Below are positions 1-12,394 of a stretch of DNA of 64,000 nt, in pieces. Source of the DNA: Eledone cirrhosa (taxonomy: Eukaryota). The position numbers and the translations under genes are program-made. A model generated the notes under the pieces. The model was not told the DNA's origin, did no database searches, and saw only the letters and a list, made by a program, of their open reading frames with translations. The stretch covers positions 65,534,001 through 65,598,000 of the forward strand of contig OZ024746.1 in assembly GCA_964016885.1 (NCBI GenBank), written 5' to 3'. How positions within the stretch are numbered: the stretch's first letter is position 1; the number at the start of each line of letters is the position of its first letter.

Positions 1-432
1 TCAGATGAAGCTAATTAGCATTTACGTTGAATCCTTGAATGCAAATCTTATTTAGATCAATTGTGTGAAATCCGATGTTGCGGAAAAGGTTACCATTGAA
101 ATGGTAGGACTTTATATGAAGTATAATCATTGAAAAGAATGCACTACATTGGTAGATTTGGATTAAAGGAAATTTATCTTTCAAAGAGGGTTATATAGTA
201 TACACAGCACATTCATATTTCGTGTAAAAAAATATCACCTTCCTCCGGCATGTATTATAGAATCTTATGCCATTTATAGATAGCTGTAACGATAGAATTT
301 GAGCATAAAACTAAAACGAGTTTGCAATAGTGTTAACGTTCATGTACATCTATATATCTCACCTTTTTACATTGGAATGTGACATATGGATATATACATT
401 CAAATGTATTGTAGCTATGATGAATGTAGAGA

Positions 433-647
433 TAATTGTTTGCATAAGGCCAACAATTTGAAAGGAAGGCGTAAGTTGCTTAAATCGCCCCCAGTGCATT
501 AGTGATGGTTTTTTTCCTCGAACCAAGAAGGATGAGAGGCAACGTTAGCCTCAATGGGATGTGAACGCAGAACGTAAAGGACCGTAACGACGTGAATGCT
601 GCAAAGCATATTGACAGACGCTGTATCGATACTGCTATCCACCGCTC
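433..647 (-). mobile_element. Degenerate tRNA-derived SINE (main family of this window)
   Basis: Diverged match to the copies at 20633-20825 and 62513-62731 (aaggatgagaggcaacgttagcctc; gatactgctatccaccgc). Confidence 0.65.
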
Positions 648-1379
648 TAAAGATAATACTTTATAATTTCTTCTATCAGAATAAAGTAGCAAATTTCTGG
701 AGCAGGAGTATAGTCAACTAATTATACACCGGAACATTCTACGGTTATTTCTGTGCGTTTACAAAATCAGTACCAAAAACTAATGTTTTGAAATTCTTTG
801 AATATATGAGTATATGTGAAAATCGATATTTTGTTCATACGATTTTGTCAAAATATATGGAGGGAATAATACAATGATAAATTATTATTGTTCTGTTGTA
901 CACAGTATATAACATTCCATAAATAGTAAATATTTTAAAATTAATTACTAAGTCACAGTGACACCAATAGATTAATTTCGTGATAAAAAGAAAACATTAA
1001 AGAGGAATCCAAAATTAATATGACGTTGAAACTAATGTTTTTTTACAAATACTACACGTGCTTCAGACGATTTATGCACATTTCACATTGTAGCAATTTT
1101 AAATCACAATATGTTATTTTCTGTATTACTTCTTTGTTCTGTAAATCATAACAAAAGCATGGGTTGTCCAGTGTAACCACAGGCAACAAATGAAAATGCC
1201 AGTTGATTCCCCCTCTTTCAGTCAGTTAGGATATGCTGCTATCAATATATTTTACATTCGCTAATTTCTGTTGAGTTGTTGACTGTCAAAAATTGATAAC
1301 TAGCGTGGAGCATAAAGGAAATATAATTATAGCACCGTTAATTTGCATTATTATTTCTGGGTGTTGTAAAACCTCATTT

Positions 1380-1570
1380 GATCGGATTTGTTACTATTAT
1401 TCATGTTTTTATTATAGACGAAAGTGTCCAGCATGTGTAGATGTTTTTTATTGATTGAAAGTCCTAAATTATTTTACTGGACGTAGGTGCAGTGCCTGGT
1501 GAATGCTGTATTATAAAATATTTGAATATGACATGCACTGGATATGTTGCGCAATTCTCCAGAAGAATTG
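1380..1570 (-). pseudogene. Possible pogo/Tigger DDE transposase relic
   Basis: Minus-strand translation LLENCATYP...KII*DFQ loosely resembles the DDE_1 motifs LLDNCxAHP...GIIQNFK. Heavily decayed. Confidence 0.25.
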
Positions 1571-2764
1571 TGAAATATAATTTTATCAGGGACGGGCGGA
1601 TATTAGAGTACATATAACTATTACCGTTTAAAATATTGTACAATAAATCGGAAGAAGATAATTTTTAATATATATGCGGTTAAAAGCCTTAAATAGCTGT
1701 AACATAGCATTTATTACTTAATATAAAAGTTAAAATTTTGTTGCTAATAAATGTGGACGAATTGTCTTCGTGGGAATCAGCATCATAATGTATCTTCAAT
1801 CTTCACGGCAAACTATCACAGATTCCTTCACATTCCTTTTCCAATGAGATTTACATTTTGGGAACAATATGACAAACATACGCATTACTATTTAGATTTC
1901 CATATTTTTTTACGATAGAAATATTAAAGAATTCTTCATAACCGTTTGCGTTTAAATATTTTTACCCCCACCCAATTCAAAATGTCTAACATTTACTGTA
2001 ATATATTAAGGTATTTCGTTATACTTTATATAATAAACTCTGTAAATAAACTATTGTTCTAGTAGTGTCCAGCTCTCTAAAGTTATATCTCTAGTAGGAG
2101 ACTGTATTCGCCTAGGATGATTTTATAAAGCGGCATTTATATTAAGATGTTTATCGCAAAGCAAGTTATAAACAGGAATGAATAGGTGAAACAGACGCTA
2201 ATCAGGATGCACTTATATTTCAAAGAGCTGTATTGGAAAGCCTCTAATGTGTCTTGGTATATACTTCCTCAGCATGTGTAGGCCACTTCAATATCCAATA
2301 TGTCAGAATCGGTAGTGGCGATTTATGCTTCCCACATAGAGTAGGGTGCTCCTCACCATTACCATCTGCAGCTGTATCAGGTAAGCCAAAATGTACAAAA
2401 GGAATGAGGGATGACACACTTGAGAGGAGGGGTGATTGATGACCATTTTTTATGCCAGTTTTAGAATACTATTGAACAAATATATTCCTAAAATTATCTC
2501 AAATCTATATCCAATTAAAATGATTTTAAAAAATGCGTTAAACGATATATCTACTCTATGGAAAAATGTATATCAAGTTTATAGTCATGTATATAGATAG
2601 CAGAAAAGATATCACTTAAAGTCTAAAACGTGATGTCAAAATAATCAGTTTTTGTAAAATACAAAATTCATGTTCATACGTAATACTTGTAGGAAACCCT
2701 TAATTACAAAGTATCCAGGTGGAAAAAAAAATGAAAAAATCCATCACTTATGTTTTAAATCTCA

Positions 2765-2837
<73 letters not shown>

Positions 2838-3538
2838 TGTGTGTAAGTATATTTACGTGAGAAAACCGATAGAAATTTACTTTCTAACGAACACACCTTT
2901 CTGATATAGGTTCCACCTGAGTTGCACAGGTGATCATTTATTTGTATATGTTGCATTCATAAATGCAGTGAGTTAATAATTGGACTGTTTGAAATTTTTT
3001 TACACGATTCGATTCAAAATACGATAAGAATAAAATAAATGAACAAATAAATAAAGTTTAAAAAACATAAATAACATTAACGCATTTGGGTAGAAAAATT
3101 CATTTAAATTTTTGTAACTATAAAGTATGTAAATTACATTAGCATTTGATAAAATAACGAAGAAATTTCGACATTGCTTTCAGATTGTTCTAATATGTTT
3201 TGTCTCGAAACAAAGATAGAAGTGTGTACGCATTGATTTATCAATTTAAAATAGCCAACTGCTCACTTCAAAAGAACTCATTAAGATCGACATGATTCAA
3301 TTCTTCAAATACTTTTTTAATCACTACATTTACTTTAATTAGGAAATTGTCTTTCGGTGGGTAAAAAGCTAAATTATATAATTTCTTACAAATTATATCC
3401 TATTTTATGTACCGCTAGACTGCATTGTATAAACAATTTGCATAACTGAATGTTCTATCTGTAGGCACACAGCTGCATGCACATATATGCGGTATATATA
3501 TGTATGTACACACACACTCACTCTCTCTCACACACAGC

Positions 3539-3605
<67 letters not shown>

Positions 3606-3849
3606 GCATATTCTTAAATCAACAGTTAACTAAACACTTGGCTGTGTTCATTAAGACGTAGTAGCGGGTATGAAAATGGATTTTGGAAAACAAAAAGTGG
3701 CGTGCAAGGGAGAGGAAAAAGCTTGAATGAGGTGACGTGTGGTATTAATAAAATGATGTAGAAGGAGCGATCCTGGTTGTGAACTATAATTAAACATAGT
3801 GACCCTGGGTTATTTAACATTTGAAAATAATTGTGTCTATAATTCCTTT

Positions 3850-4110
3850 TGAACAAGGCCTAGAATTTGAAGGGAAGGGGAAAATCAATGAAATCGACTC
3901 CAGTGAGTTTCAAGTACTTTTTTTTTTATAGATTCCTGGAACGTAAAGCGCCTATATTTGCATGCACGGCACTATACGTCCACAGTTCAAATCCTGCCGG
4001 AGTTAGCTTTACCTTTCATTCTTACGGGGTTGATAAAACAGTGTACAATTAATCCACTAAGGTCAATATAATCTACTTACCAAATTGTTGGCCTTGTTCC
4101 AAATGTAGAA
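3850..4110. mobile_element. Two partial SINEs in opposite orientation
   Basis: 3850-3950 is a minus-strand SINE 3' half. 3984-4110 is a plus-strand copy (gttcaaatcctgccgg...ctttcattcttacggggttgataaaa...ggccttgttccaaatgtagaa). Confidence 0.65.
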
Positions 4111-4223
4111 GCTTTTAAAAATAATTATAACGTTGTCTAGGATATTTTAATTTTGATATTTATATGGAATACAGGAAGAATGAACGGAAAATTTTACCTG
4201 GGCTAGATTTAAGTCCAGCTAAT

Positions 4224-4600
4224 GTATGAATGTACCCAAATACATTGATTTCCATGTGTCTAACACACGTGGACATGCCCACAAAGTCAGAAAACAGCAC
4301 AGTTCCCATGACTTTCGGAAACATTTTTTCACGCTCAGAGTTGCTGAAACATGGAGCAAACTACCCGCATCAGGTGTTAGCTGTCGAGACACTGCATCCT
4401 TTAAGGCCTCCATGCTTCCCGAGATCTGCCAACACTACAGCTAATGTTCCCCCTCCATACACATGCACACATGTATACCATGACTCATACACTATTCACT
4501 TCCATGACATTTGTGTATTATTCTATGTACTATACATACACCTTTGACGAGATGTAGTGCACCTGAGCACTGTACACAATAATTCCATTATATTATATTA
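4224..4600 (+). mobile_element. 5'-truncated CR1/L2-type LINE 3' end
   Basis: Nearly identical to 37180-37505 (DFHVSNTRGHAHKVRKQHSSHDFRKHFFTLRV...), followed by the same 3' UTR and an (ATT/ATTAT)n tail. Confidence 0.92.
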
Positions 4601-5781
4601 TATGGCTGGTCGAGAATTAAAAGTTTTAACTTATTTCATTGACTTAAGAAAAATAACTCTTTCTGCTCTGTAGAGAGTGACTTTTGTAAATATCAGCGTC
4701 CCATATCCGTCCGCCATAGTACTCCATCCTTTTCTGTGTCCTTACGCCCAACCTGAAATATGTATTATTATCTGTGGGCAGGTGCATATAAATTGTGCAT
4801 CGACTGCTATTTTGTCATTTCGTCTCCTTTCACACTCTGCACTAAGGTTAATGTTTGGTATCTTATGTCCGAAATAATGGGGCACAACTTTTGGCCACAT
4901 CCGCTAAAGACATTTTAAAATTAGTTTGGGTAGATATGAACTTTTTCCTTTAATATAAGAAACAAGCAAAACAGCATGGAATGTTTTGTCGTACGTATCT
5001 CATTGCAGTTTCCTTTTCAGCTGGCTTTTTATATCCAATTCCCACGAGTCAGTGGAAATATTGTTAAAGGTTATATGTATCGATCTTTTTTTCTTATCTA
5101 AGTTAATTTCAAAGCAAATATTTTCAATATCGTCACTGTTAAATTTATCTATTTGTTATTTCATTTACTTTTTATTAGAAGAAAAAAGATGTTACTTCCA
5201 ATCATGTTTGATTTCCTTTTTTTACCTTTTTTCTTTCGTCAAAATAACTAAACTTAGAAATACATAATACATATCTTGCGAAAATACATAATTTCATTCG
5301 GAAACGCATAATACATATCTTTCAGATTTGTCAATTAGAAATCTCAGATCGACAAAATGTTTGTTTCTTATTACAGATTTATATCCTGCCCAAAGGGAGA
5401 AACAATTCCCATATCCCTAAATAATGGCTTCTATTTGGAAATTGATTTGAATACGTTTCTAATAAAATTCTTGAATACACAAAACACTTCCTAGCCCTGG
5501 TGAATGCAAAACGAATGGTTCTTTGAATTACTACAAGTATATCACGTTAAATGCGCGATAGAAGAGAAATAATTTTGTGTGTACAAATATAATAAAAGCA
5601 GAAAATCGGAAATATATAACATACACGCACACATACACTTTCATATGTATAATAAAGCTAATAGTTTATTCCCAATCATGCACACTTAGAAATATACACA
5701 CACACATACAGGCTCGTACACACAAATACATATATATATATATGTGTGTGTGTATCAAAAAGAATGAAAAAAAAACACGGT

Positions 5782-6389
5782 CAGTCCCATTTCCTAAGTA
5801 AATCTCTGGATATTACTACGGTTTCGGTGCATTAAGGTAGATATCGTATATTTCCGGTGCACTTTGGGACACACCACAAACAGGCAAAGAGAAATTATGC
5901 TTTCAGGAAAATTTCTCAAATATAGTGTACGCAAAGGAGTAACCAAAAGGGACAATATACGAAGGAGAGAAATAGTAAAACAGAAGAGAATAAGGACTGT
6001 AATCCGACGTGCAGACAAAGAAGGACACTGAGGCGTAGACAAGGTAAGATGAGAGAACAGAGGGAAAGCGCCCGGGCGGTGTTCTGTCTATTATATGATA
6101 GTTTCAAAACCTGTATGACTAAGTCTTTAGAATATCAATTCAAAATAGGGAGTGCAGAAGACAAAGACAATAGGAAATACAACGGACGAAACAGTCCCAT
6201 TTGCACAGTCAACCTCTGAAAATCACTACGGTTTCAGACCGTTAAGGTCGATACTTCATTCCAGTGCAGATTGGGACACAACAAAATAGGCAGAGACAAG
6301 TTATTCCTTTATGAAAATTGCGCAGATATAGATTGCGCAAGGGCTTAGCCAAAGGAGAAATAATTACAAAGGAGAGAAATAGTAAAACA
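5782..6389 (-). repeat. Two diverged direct repeats (period ~410 bp), each with a degenerate hammerhead-like motif (pLTR/retrozyme-like)
   Basis: 5782-5982 and 6192-6389 align (cagtcccattt...actacggtttc...ttgggacaca...aaggagagaaatagtaaaaca). The minus strand reads gacc-ttaac-ggtc-tGAAAC-cgta-GTG in unit 2 and cGAAAC-cgta-GTA in unit 1, closed by gtccca...tgggac. Confidence 0.6.
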
Positions 6390-6654
6390 TAAAAAAACTA
6401 TATATCTCTGTGTGAGTGTCAGTATGTATGTGTGTATGCATGTGCGATTGTGTGAGTATGTGTATCAGTGTAGGTTACTACAATCATCAGGTGAAGCAGG
6501 TCAAGTAGGTCACTTTTACTTTAAAAGCGAATAAAAATATAGCAAAGTTAAGTATTTAATTTCTGCTGGTTTACAGAAATTTTACATAAAAAGATGGAAT
6601 ATCTTGCAGGATACAAATAAACATGCTATGAAATCTATCGCTTCATTAACTGTT

Positions 6655-6703
<49 letters not shown>

Positions 6704-6981
6704 ACGGCGATGAATTAGTTTTGCACGTTTTTTTTATATGAAATCGTGTGTCGAAACAAATATTGTTATACTTGGGGAGGGTCATATTTGTGTAATATTG
6801 CCAGAATTAATAACAGAACACACTCACTGTTTAGTTGGTTTTCACTTTTCGCTTCTGTGTCTTTTATATCGGTTAATTTAATTTATTCGGTCCTCAATGT
6901 TGCCATTGACTGACCAACCAACGGTCAAAAATACAGATACAATATAGACATCAAACACATATATATAGTCTATCAAAGTTC

Positions 6982-7009
6982 TTTCGGTGCACATCTGCAA
7001 TATCCTCAG
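6982..7009 (-). ncRNA. Hammerhead ribozyme core (left PLE arm)
   Basis: Minus strand reads CTGAGGA-t-attgca-gatg-tgcacc-GAAA; mirror image of 12156-12183. Confidence 0.55.
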
Positions 7010-7271
7010 TGGTGCTATTGTCTCCTCCCGTTGCATTGTATGCCTATGCCATCTTTATTTAGTCTGTTTATATATTTATTCATTTGTTTATTTTGTTGTC
7101 TTCTTTGCGCATGCGTTTGCGTGTGTGCATAGTGTTTTGTTTTATGTGTGTTCGTATTTGGGTGACTGTGTATTGGTTAATGTATTCTATCTTTACTGGT
7201 GTGTGTTTATATGTGTTTGTTGTTATTGTGCTTGTGTATGTATTTATTTATTTATCTATTTATTTATTTAT

Positions 7272-8450
7272 TTATACTTCTCTTAGGTCAGTGTTGTTTG
7301 TTTGGGTGTTGTTGTTATTCCATTCATTTTTTCTGTTTAGCCTTGGCCTTCTAAGTTCTATTTCACTGGCCTCTCTGATTTGCCTATCTGCTGGGTCATT
7401 TCTATGTTTAGATATTATTCTAATTTCTATGTTGTCTATGTTACCGTCGTGTTGTTGTCTGGCATGTTCGTATAGTACTGAACCGTGTTTTCGTCCTTTT
7501 AGTTCCCCCCAGTGTTGGTCTATCCTTTCACATATGCTACGAGCTGTCTCGACTATGTATGTTGTTTTCATGTTTCTGTAAGTACCCTCTGTACATCTTA
7601 TGCTATAGACTACGTTTCTAGTTTTACAGTTTATCCGGGGGTTTACTTTACATATGATACATTTCCTATTAGTACAGTGGCTTTTCTTAAAAGGGTAGGT
7701 TATGCTGATCAGGGATTTTATGGTGGTTCCTGGCTTTTCTACCACCTTAATCTTTAAGTGCGTCTTTCTGAGAGCCTTTATACACTGGTTAGCTAATTTC
7801 TCTCCAGGGGTAGCTTCCACAAACATGACACTCTGGTATTTCTGGTTGTCGTACCATGAGGTGGCTTTCCTTATCTTATGTCTAGCCCTATCTAAGCTAT
7901 TTCATGATTTGCTCCTGTATAATGGGCAAATTCCGTTCATGTCCAGTTCTATGAGGGTCTTACACTTCTCCGTGGCTCCTTCGTATACTCTGATTATGTC
8001 TCTTTGGTTGTAGCCAGAGAACTGCATGCGGTTGATGAAGTGCTGGATGTGTCTTTCCATTTCTGTTGGGTCGCACATGCGGTACACGTTCTTCATCACT
8101 CGTACCAAGTCTGCGACCAGAATATTAAACTTAGCACTACTGGACATTGCTGAGTTTTTGAGTATCATGTATTTGGAGGCCATGGATTTAGCATAGTGTG
8201 AGTAGAGAATTTGGGTTCTCTCTCGTCTATAGTGTTAATCCAGAGTTCCGTGTCTAATACAGATAGTCTATTGTTAGGGTGTTTGGAAGGGTAGTCGATA
8301 GTTACAGTTATACTCTGGTGTATGGAATTAGCTATCTGCTGGATGCTTTCCATTGTGCTACGTTCTAAATCAAACTTGTTAGTGCTCTCTTGTGGGGATG
8401 TTCTTATTACTATATTGATATCGTCTACGTAACGAGAGTACATGATGAGG
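7272..8450 (-). pseudogene. Inverted PLE arm: RT C-terminus/thumb, Cys-rich linker and GIY-YIG endonuclease
   Basis: ORFs 8165-8617, 7902-8183 and 7272-7826 give MYSRYVDD; HCTNRKCIIC; CKTRNVVYSIRC...YIVETARSICERIDQH...EHARQQH...DPADRQIREASEI...PRLNRKNEW. Confidence 0.92.
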
Positions 8451-8567
8451 GAGCAGCCATTGGTGTAAGCATACCTGGTGACGTTGCCAAAGTTTTTATG
8501 GTGTGGTGGGAAAGGAGACTTAGGGATCTCCTTGATGAGCGCTCCATAGACCTCATCATGTACTCTC

Positions 8568-11500
8568 ATTCGACGTGAAACGAAATACGCCCGAAACGAA
8601 TGCAATAGGCATTTCAATAAGAAATTAGAATGGATGAATAAGAAAAAAACTAGAAGAAAGAAAAGTAGAATATTCTCAAAAGTACCCAGATAACATCAAC
8701 AATATCAGTATGACGGATGTAAAACTACCGGAAGAATTTACAAATGACCACACAGTAAATATTTATGGGAACACTTTAATCAGTGAACAAGAACAACAAA
8801 TCCTGCAGCTACCACCAAAATTTGCTATCTACAAAAAGATTAACCCTATTGAGTGCAAAACGGAGTTGGAAAAGTGTTTCACAAAAATACGTTGGAATGC
8901 AAAAGTAAACAACAACAACAACTATACGGACAACAACAACAATAATAACGGTAGTAGTAATATAAACAATAACTCTGAGTATAGAAATAACAGCTATAAC
9001 AGTAATAGTCATAACAATAACAATAGCAGGAGAGTGAGAAATTGTAATAATGGTAATAATATTAACGATAGACAGAACAACAACAACAACCACAATAATA
9101 ATAATAATAATAGAAACATTAACTACAGACACAGCAGCAGCGACCACAGTAGTAATAACGGTAACAATACGAATAACAACAACAACCACAGTGATAATAA
9201 GAGAAATAATACATTTAGCAACGTTAATCATAGACACAACAAAAACAAGAAACATAATAAAAGTAACAACCACAATGGTAGAAATAACAGTAACAACAAC
9301 AATAACGGTGGAGAAAACAACAACAATACATCTAACAATCACAGCAACAATACATCTAGCAATCATAACGACAATACATCTAACAATCACAGCAACAATA
9401 CATCTAGCAATCATAACAAGAATAATAATGCTAATGATAGGAACAACAACCACCATAATAACAATAATAGCAACACACACAACTATGACGATAGATATAA
9501 TGACAACCCCTTAGAGAAACTGTTCTTCAACCCAGCTGACAAAACATATAAGATGGGTAATATCTATCCTAATAAAAGAGTTTGCATACCACAACAAATA
9601 GATGACGAGACAGAGGCACAGTTCACCACAGCTAGAAATAAGATTAGACAAATAGTAGACCGGTATACTAAGAGACAGAGCAGACCAGAGGTCCAACAAC
9701 TTGGGAGGAAACCTGTAGAAGGCTTGGTTAGCCTCAAGCAGAGCACAAGGGATGGTTAGATAGTATGTCTACCCACGGATGGTAGGATGTCAATAGATAG
9801 CATGCCGAACTACATCAAGGCTATGCACCCCCCCCATCACCAATACGAGCGAAATTGCACAGCAAATACATGATGGGAGAGAGAAAATCCTCAACGCTCA
9901 CATGATGATGTGGACCGACATCCTAAAGCCAAGCAGACGCACTGCCAACAACTTCCAGTCGTCTAACAATGGCATACCACCCATGTATGGGCTCCGCAAA
10001 CACCACAAGACAGTCGACGACCCGACAACAGGACCACCAACAAGACCCGTATGCGGAGCAAATATAACTAGCAACTACAGGACCTCCTACTTCCTCTCAA
10101 TGGTTATACGCCCCATAATAAAGATGTCCCCAGATGTATGTGACAGTACAGAGGACCTCCTCAGCAGAATCAGTGAGTGCAACAAAAACAGGAACCTATC
10201 CAACTGCATAATAGGCAGCATGGATGTGGTATCATTGTACCCATCCAATAACATTGATTTTGCTGTGGAAAAATGTGTGGGGATGATCATTGAGAGTGAG
10301 GTGGAGTTCTGCGACGTCGACACAGACGAACTGGGCCTCCTACCTAGACTTACCTACAACACTTACTACCTAGACAGCCATGACCTTAGACGTTTTTGCC
10401 TCAGTAGACCCATAAGAGGTAGACGGCCCACCATAACCTCAATGGCTAAAACGACTCCCATGGCAAAGTGGATTGGGTGGACCAAAGCAGTACGGACCCC
10501 CCAAAACAATGATCAGGTCAGAAAAATGGTCGCACATGCAATAGGGGCTAGTATCAAAACTACCCTAAAGGGCCACATATTCAAGTTCAACGAGAAGATC
10601 TACATACAAAATGAGGGAGCAGCCATTGGCGTCAGCAAAGCTGGTGACGTTGCCAACCTTTTTATAGTGTGGTGGTAAAGGAGACTTAGGGATCTCCTTG
10701 ATGAGAGCTTCATAGACCTCATAATGTACTCTCGTTACGCAGACGATATCAATATAGTAATAAGAACATCCCCACAAGAGAGCACTAACAAGTGGGATTT
10801 AGAACGTAGCACAATGGAAAGCATCCAGCAGATAGCTAATTCCATACACCAGAGTATAACTGAAACTATCGACTACCATTCCAAACACCCTAACAATAGA
10901 CTACCTGTATTAGACACGGAACTCGGGATTAACACTATAGACGAGAGAGAGCCCAAATTCTCTACTCACACTATGCTAAACCCATGGCCTCCAAATACAT
11001 GATACTCAAAAACTCAGCAATGTCCAGTAGTGCTAAGTTTAATATTCTGATCGCAGACTTGGTACGAGTGATGAAGAACGTGTACCGCATGTGCGACCCA
11101 ACAGAAATGGAAAGACACATCCAACACTTCATCAACCGCATGCAGTTCTCTGGCTACAACCAAAGAGACAGAATCAGAGTATACGAAGGAGCCACGGAGA
11201 AGTATAAGACCCTCATAGAACTGGACATGAAAGGAGTTTGCCCATTATACAGGAGCAAATCATGGAATAGCTTAGATAGGGCTAGAGATAAGATAGGGAA
11301 AGCCACCTCATGGTACGACAACCAGAAATACCAGAGTGTCATGCTGGTGGACGCCCCCACTGGAGGGAAATTAGCTAACCAGTGTAGAAAAGCCCCGAGA
11401 AAGACCCACTTAAAGATTAAAGTGGTAGAAAAGCCAGGAACCACCATAAAATCCCTGATCAGCATAACCTACCCTTTTAAGAAAAGCCACTGTACTAATA

Positions 11501-11893
11501 GAAAATGTATCATATGTAAAGTAAACCCCCGGATAAACTGTAAAACTAGAAACGTAGTCTATAGCATAAGATGTACAGAGGGTACTTACAGAAACATGAA
11601 AACAACATACATAGTCGAGACAGCTCGTAGCATATGTGAAAGGATAGACCAACACTGGGGGAACTAAAAGGACAAAACACGGTTCAGTACTATACGAACA
11701 TGCCAGAAAACAACACGACGGTAACATAGACAACATAGAAATTAGAATAATATCTAAACATAGAAATGACCCAGCAGATAGGCAAATCAGAGAGGCCAGT
11801 GAAATAGAACTTAGAAGGCCAAGGCTAAACAGAAAAAATGAATGGAATAACAACAACACCCAAAGAAACAACACTGACCTAAGAGAAGTATAA
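8568..11893 (+). pseudogene. PLE polyprotein (N-terminal domain with Asn-rich insert, reverse transcriptase, GIY-YIG); disrupted
   Basis: ILQLPPKFAIY...ELEKCFTKIRW; DG*IVCLPTDGRMS; PPMYGLRKHHK; GPPTRPVCG; SMDVVSLYPS; GAAIGVS; YSRYADD; LPVLDTEL; NVVY...YIVET...ERIDQH. Stops at 9757 and 10676, and frameshifts near 9830, 10950 and 11660. Confidence 0.92.
8907..9505 (+). repeat. In-frame (AAC/AAT)-rich Asn-rich low-complexity tract, including a 48-bp tandem duplication (9323-9417)
   Basis: ORF 8710-9759 reads through ~200 N-rich codons. NNTSNNHSNNTSSNHN occurs essentially twice. Confidence 0.9.
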
Positions 11894-12155
11894 ATAAATA
11901 AATAAATAGATAAATAAATAAATACATACACAAGCACAATAACAACAAACACATATAAACACACACCAGTAAAGATAGAATACATTAACCAATACACAGT
12001 CACCCAAATACGAACACACATAAAACAAAACACTATGCACACACGCAAACGCATGCGCAAAGAAGACAAAAAAATAAACAAATGAATAAATATATAAACA
12101 GACTAAATAAAGATGGCGTAGGCATACAATGCAATGGGAGGAAACAATGGCACCA

Positions 12156-12183
12156 CTGAGGATGTTGCAGATGTGCAACGAAA
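12156..12183 (+). ncRNA. Hammerhead ribozyme core in the PLE 3' tail/pLTR
   Basis: CTGAGGA-t-GTTGCA-gatg-TGCAAC-GAAA: both conserved core boxes around a perfect 6-bp stem II. Stems I and III look decayed. HHRs in PLE pLTRs are established. Confidence 0.65.
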
Positions 12184-12394
12184 GAATTTTGATAGACTAT
12201 ATATATGTGTTTGTGTCTATATTGTATCTGTATTTTTGACCGCTGGTCAGTCAATGGCAACATTGAGGACCGAATAAATTAAATTAACCGTTATAAAAGA
12301 CACAAGCGAAAAGCGAAAACCAACCAAACAGTGAGTGTGTTATGTTACTAATTCTGGCAATATTACCCAAATATGACCCTCCCCAAGTATAACA

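Noticed and set aside
6460-6495. Additional hammerhead candidates (minus-strand ctgatga-t-tgtag-taac-ctaca here; ctgatga-tgtagg...tttaca at ~59888)
   Set aside because: The GAAA box is missing, so they are too degenerate to call.
8809-9514. Hydrophobic V/I-rich and T/I-rich ORFs resembling membrane proteins or mucins
   Set aside because: Antisense and alternate frames of the Asn-rich PLE tract.
10940-10965. Programmed -1 frameshift in the PLE
   Set aside because: No X XXY YYZ heptamer in the correct frame; a shared 1-nt deletion is simpler.
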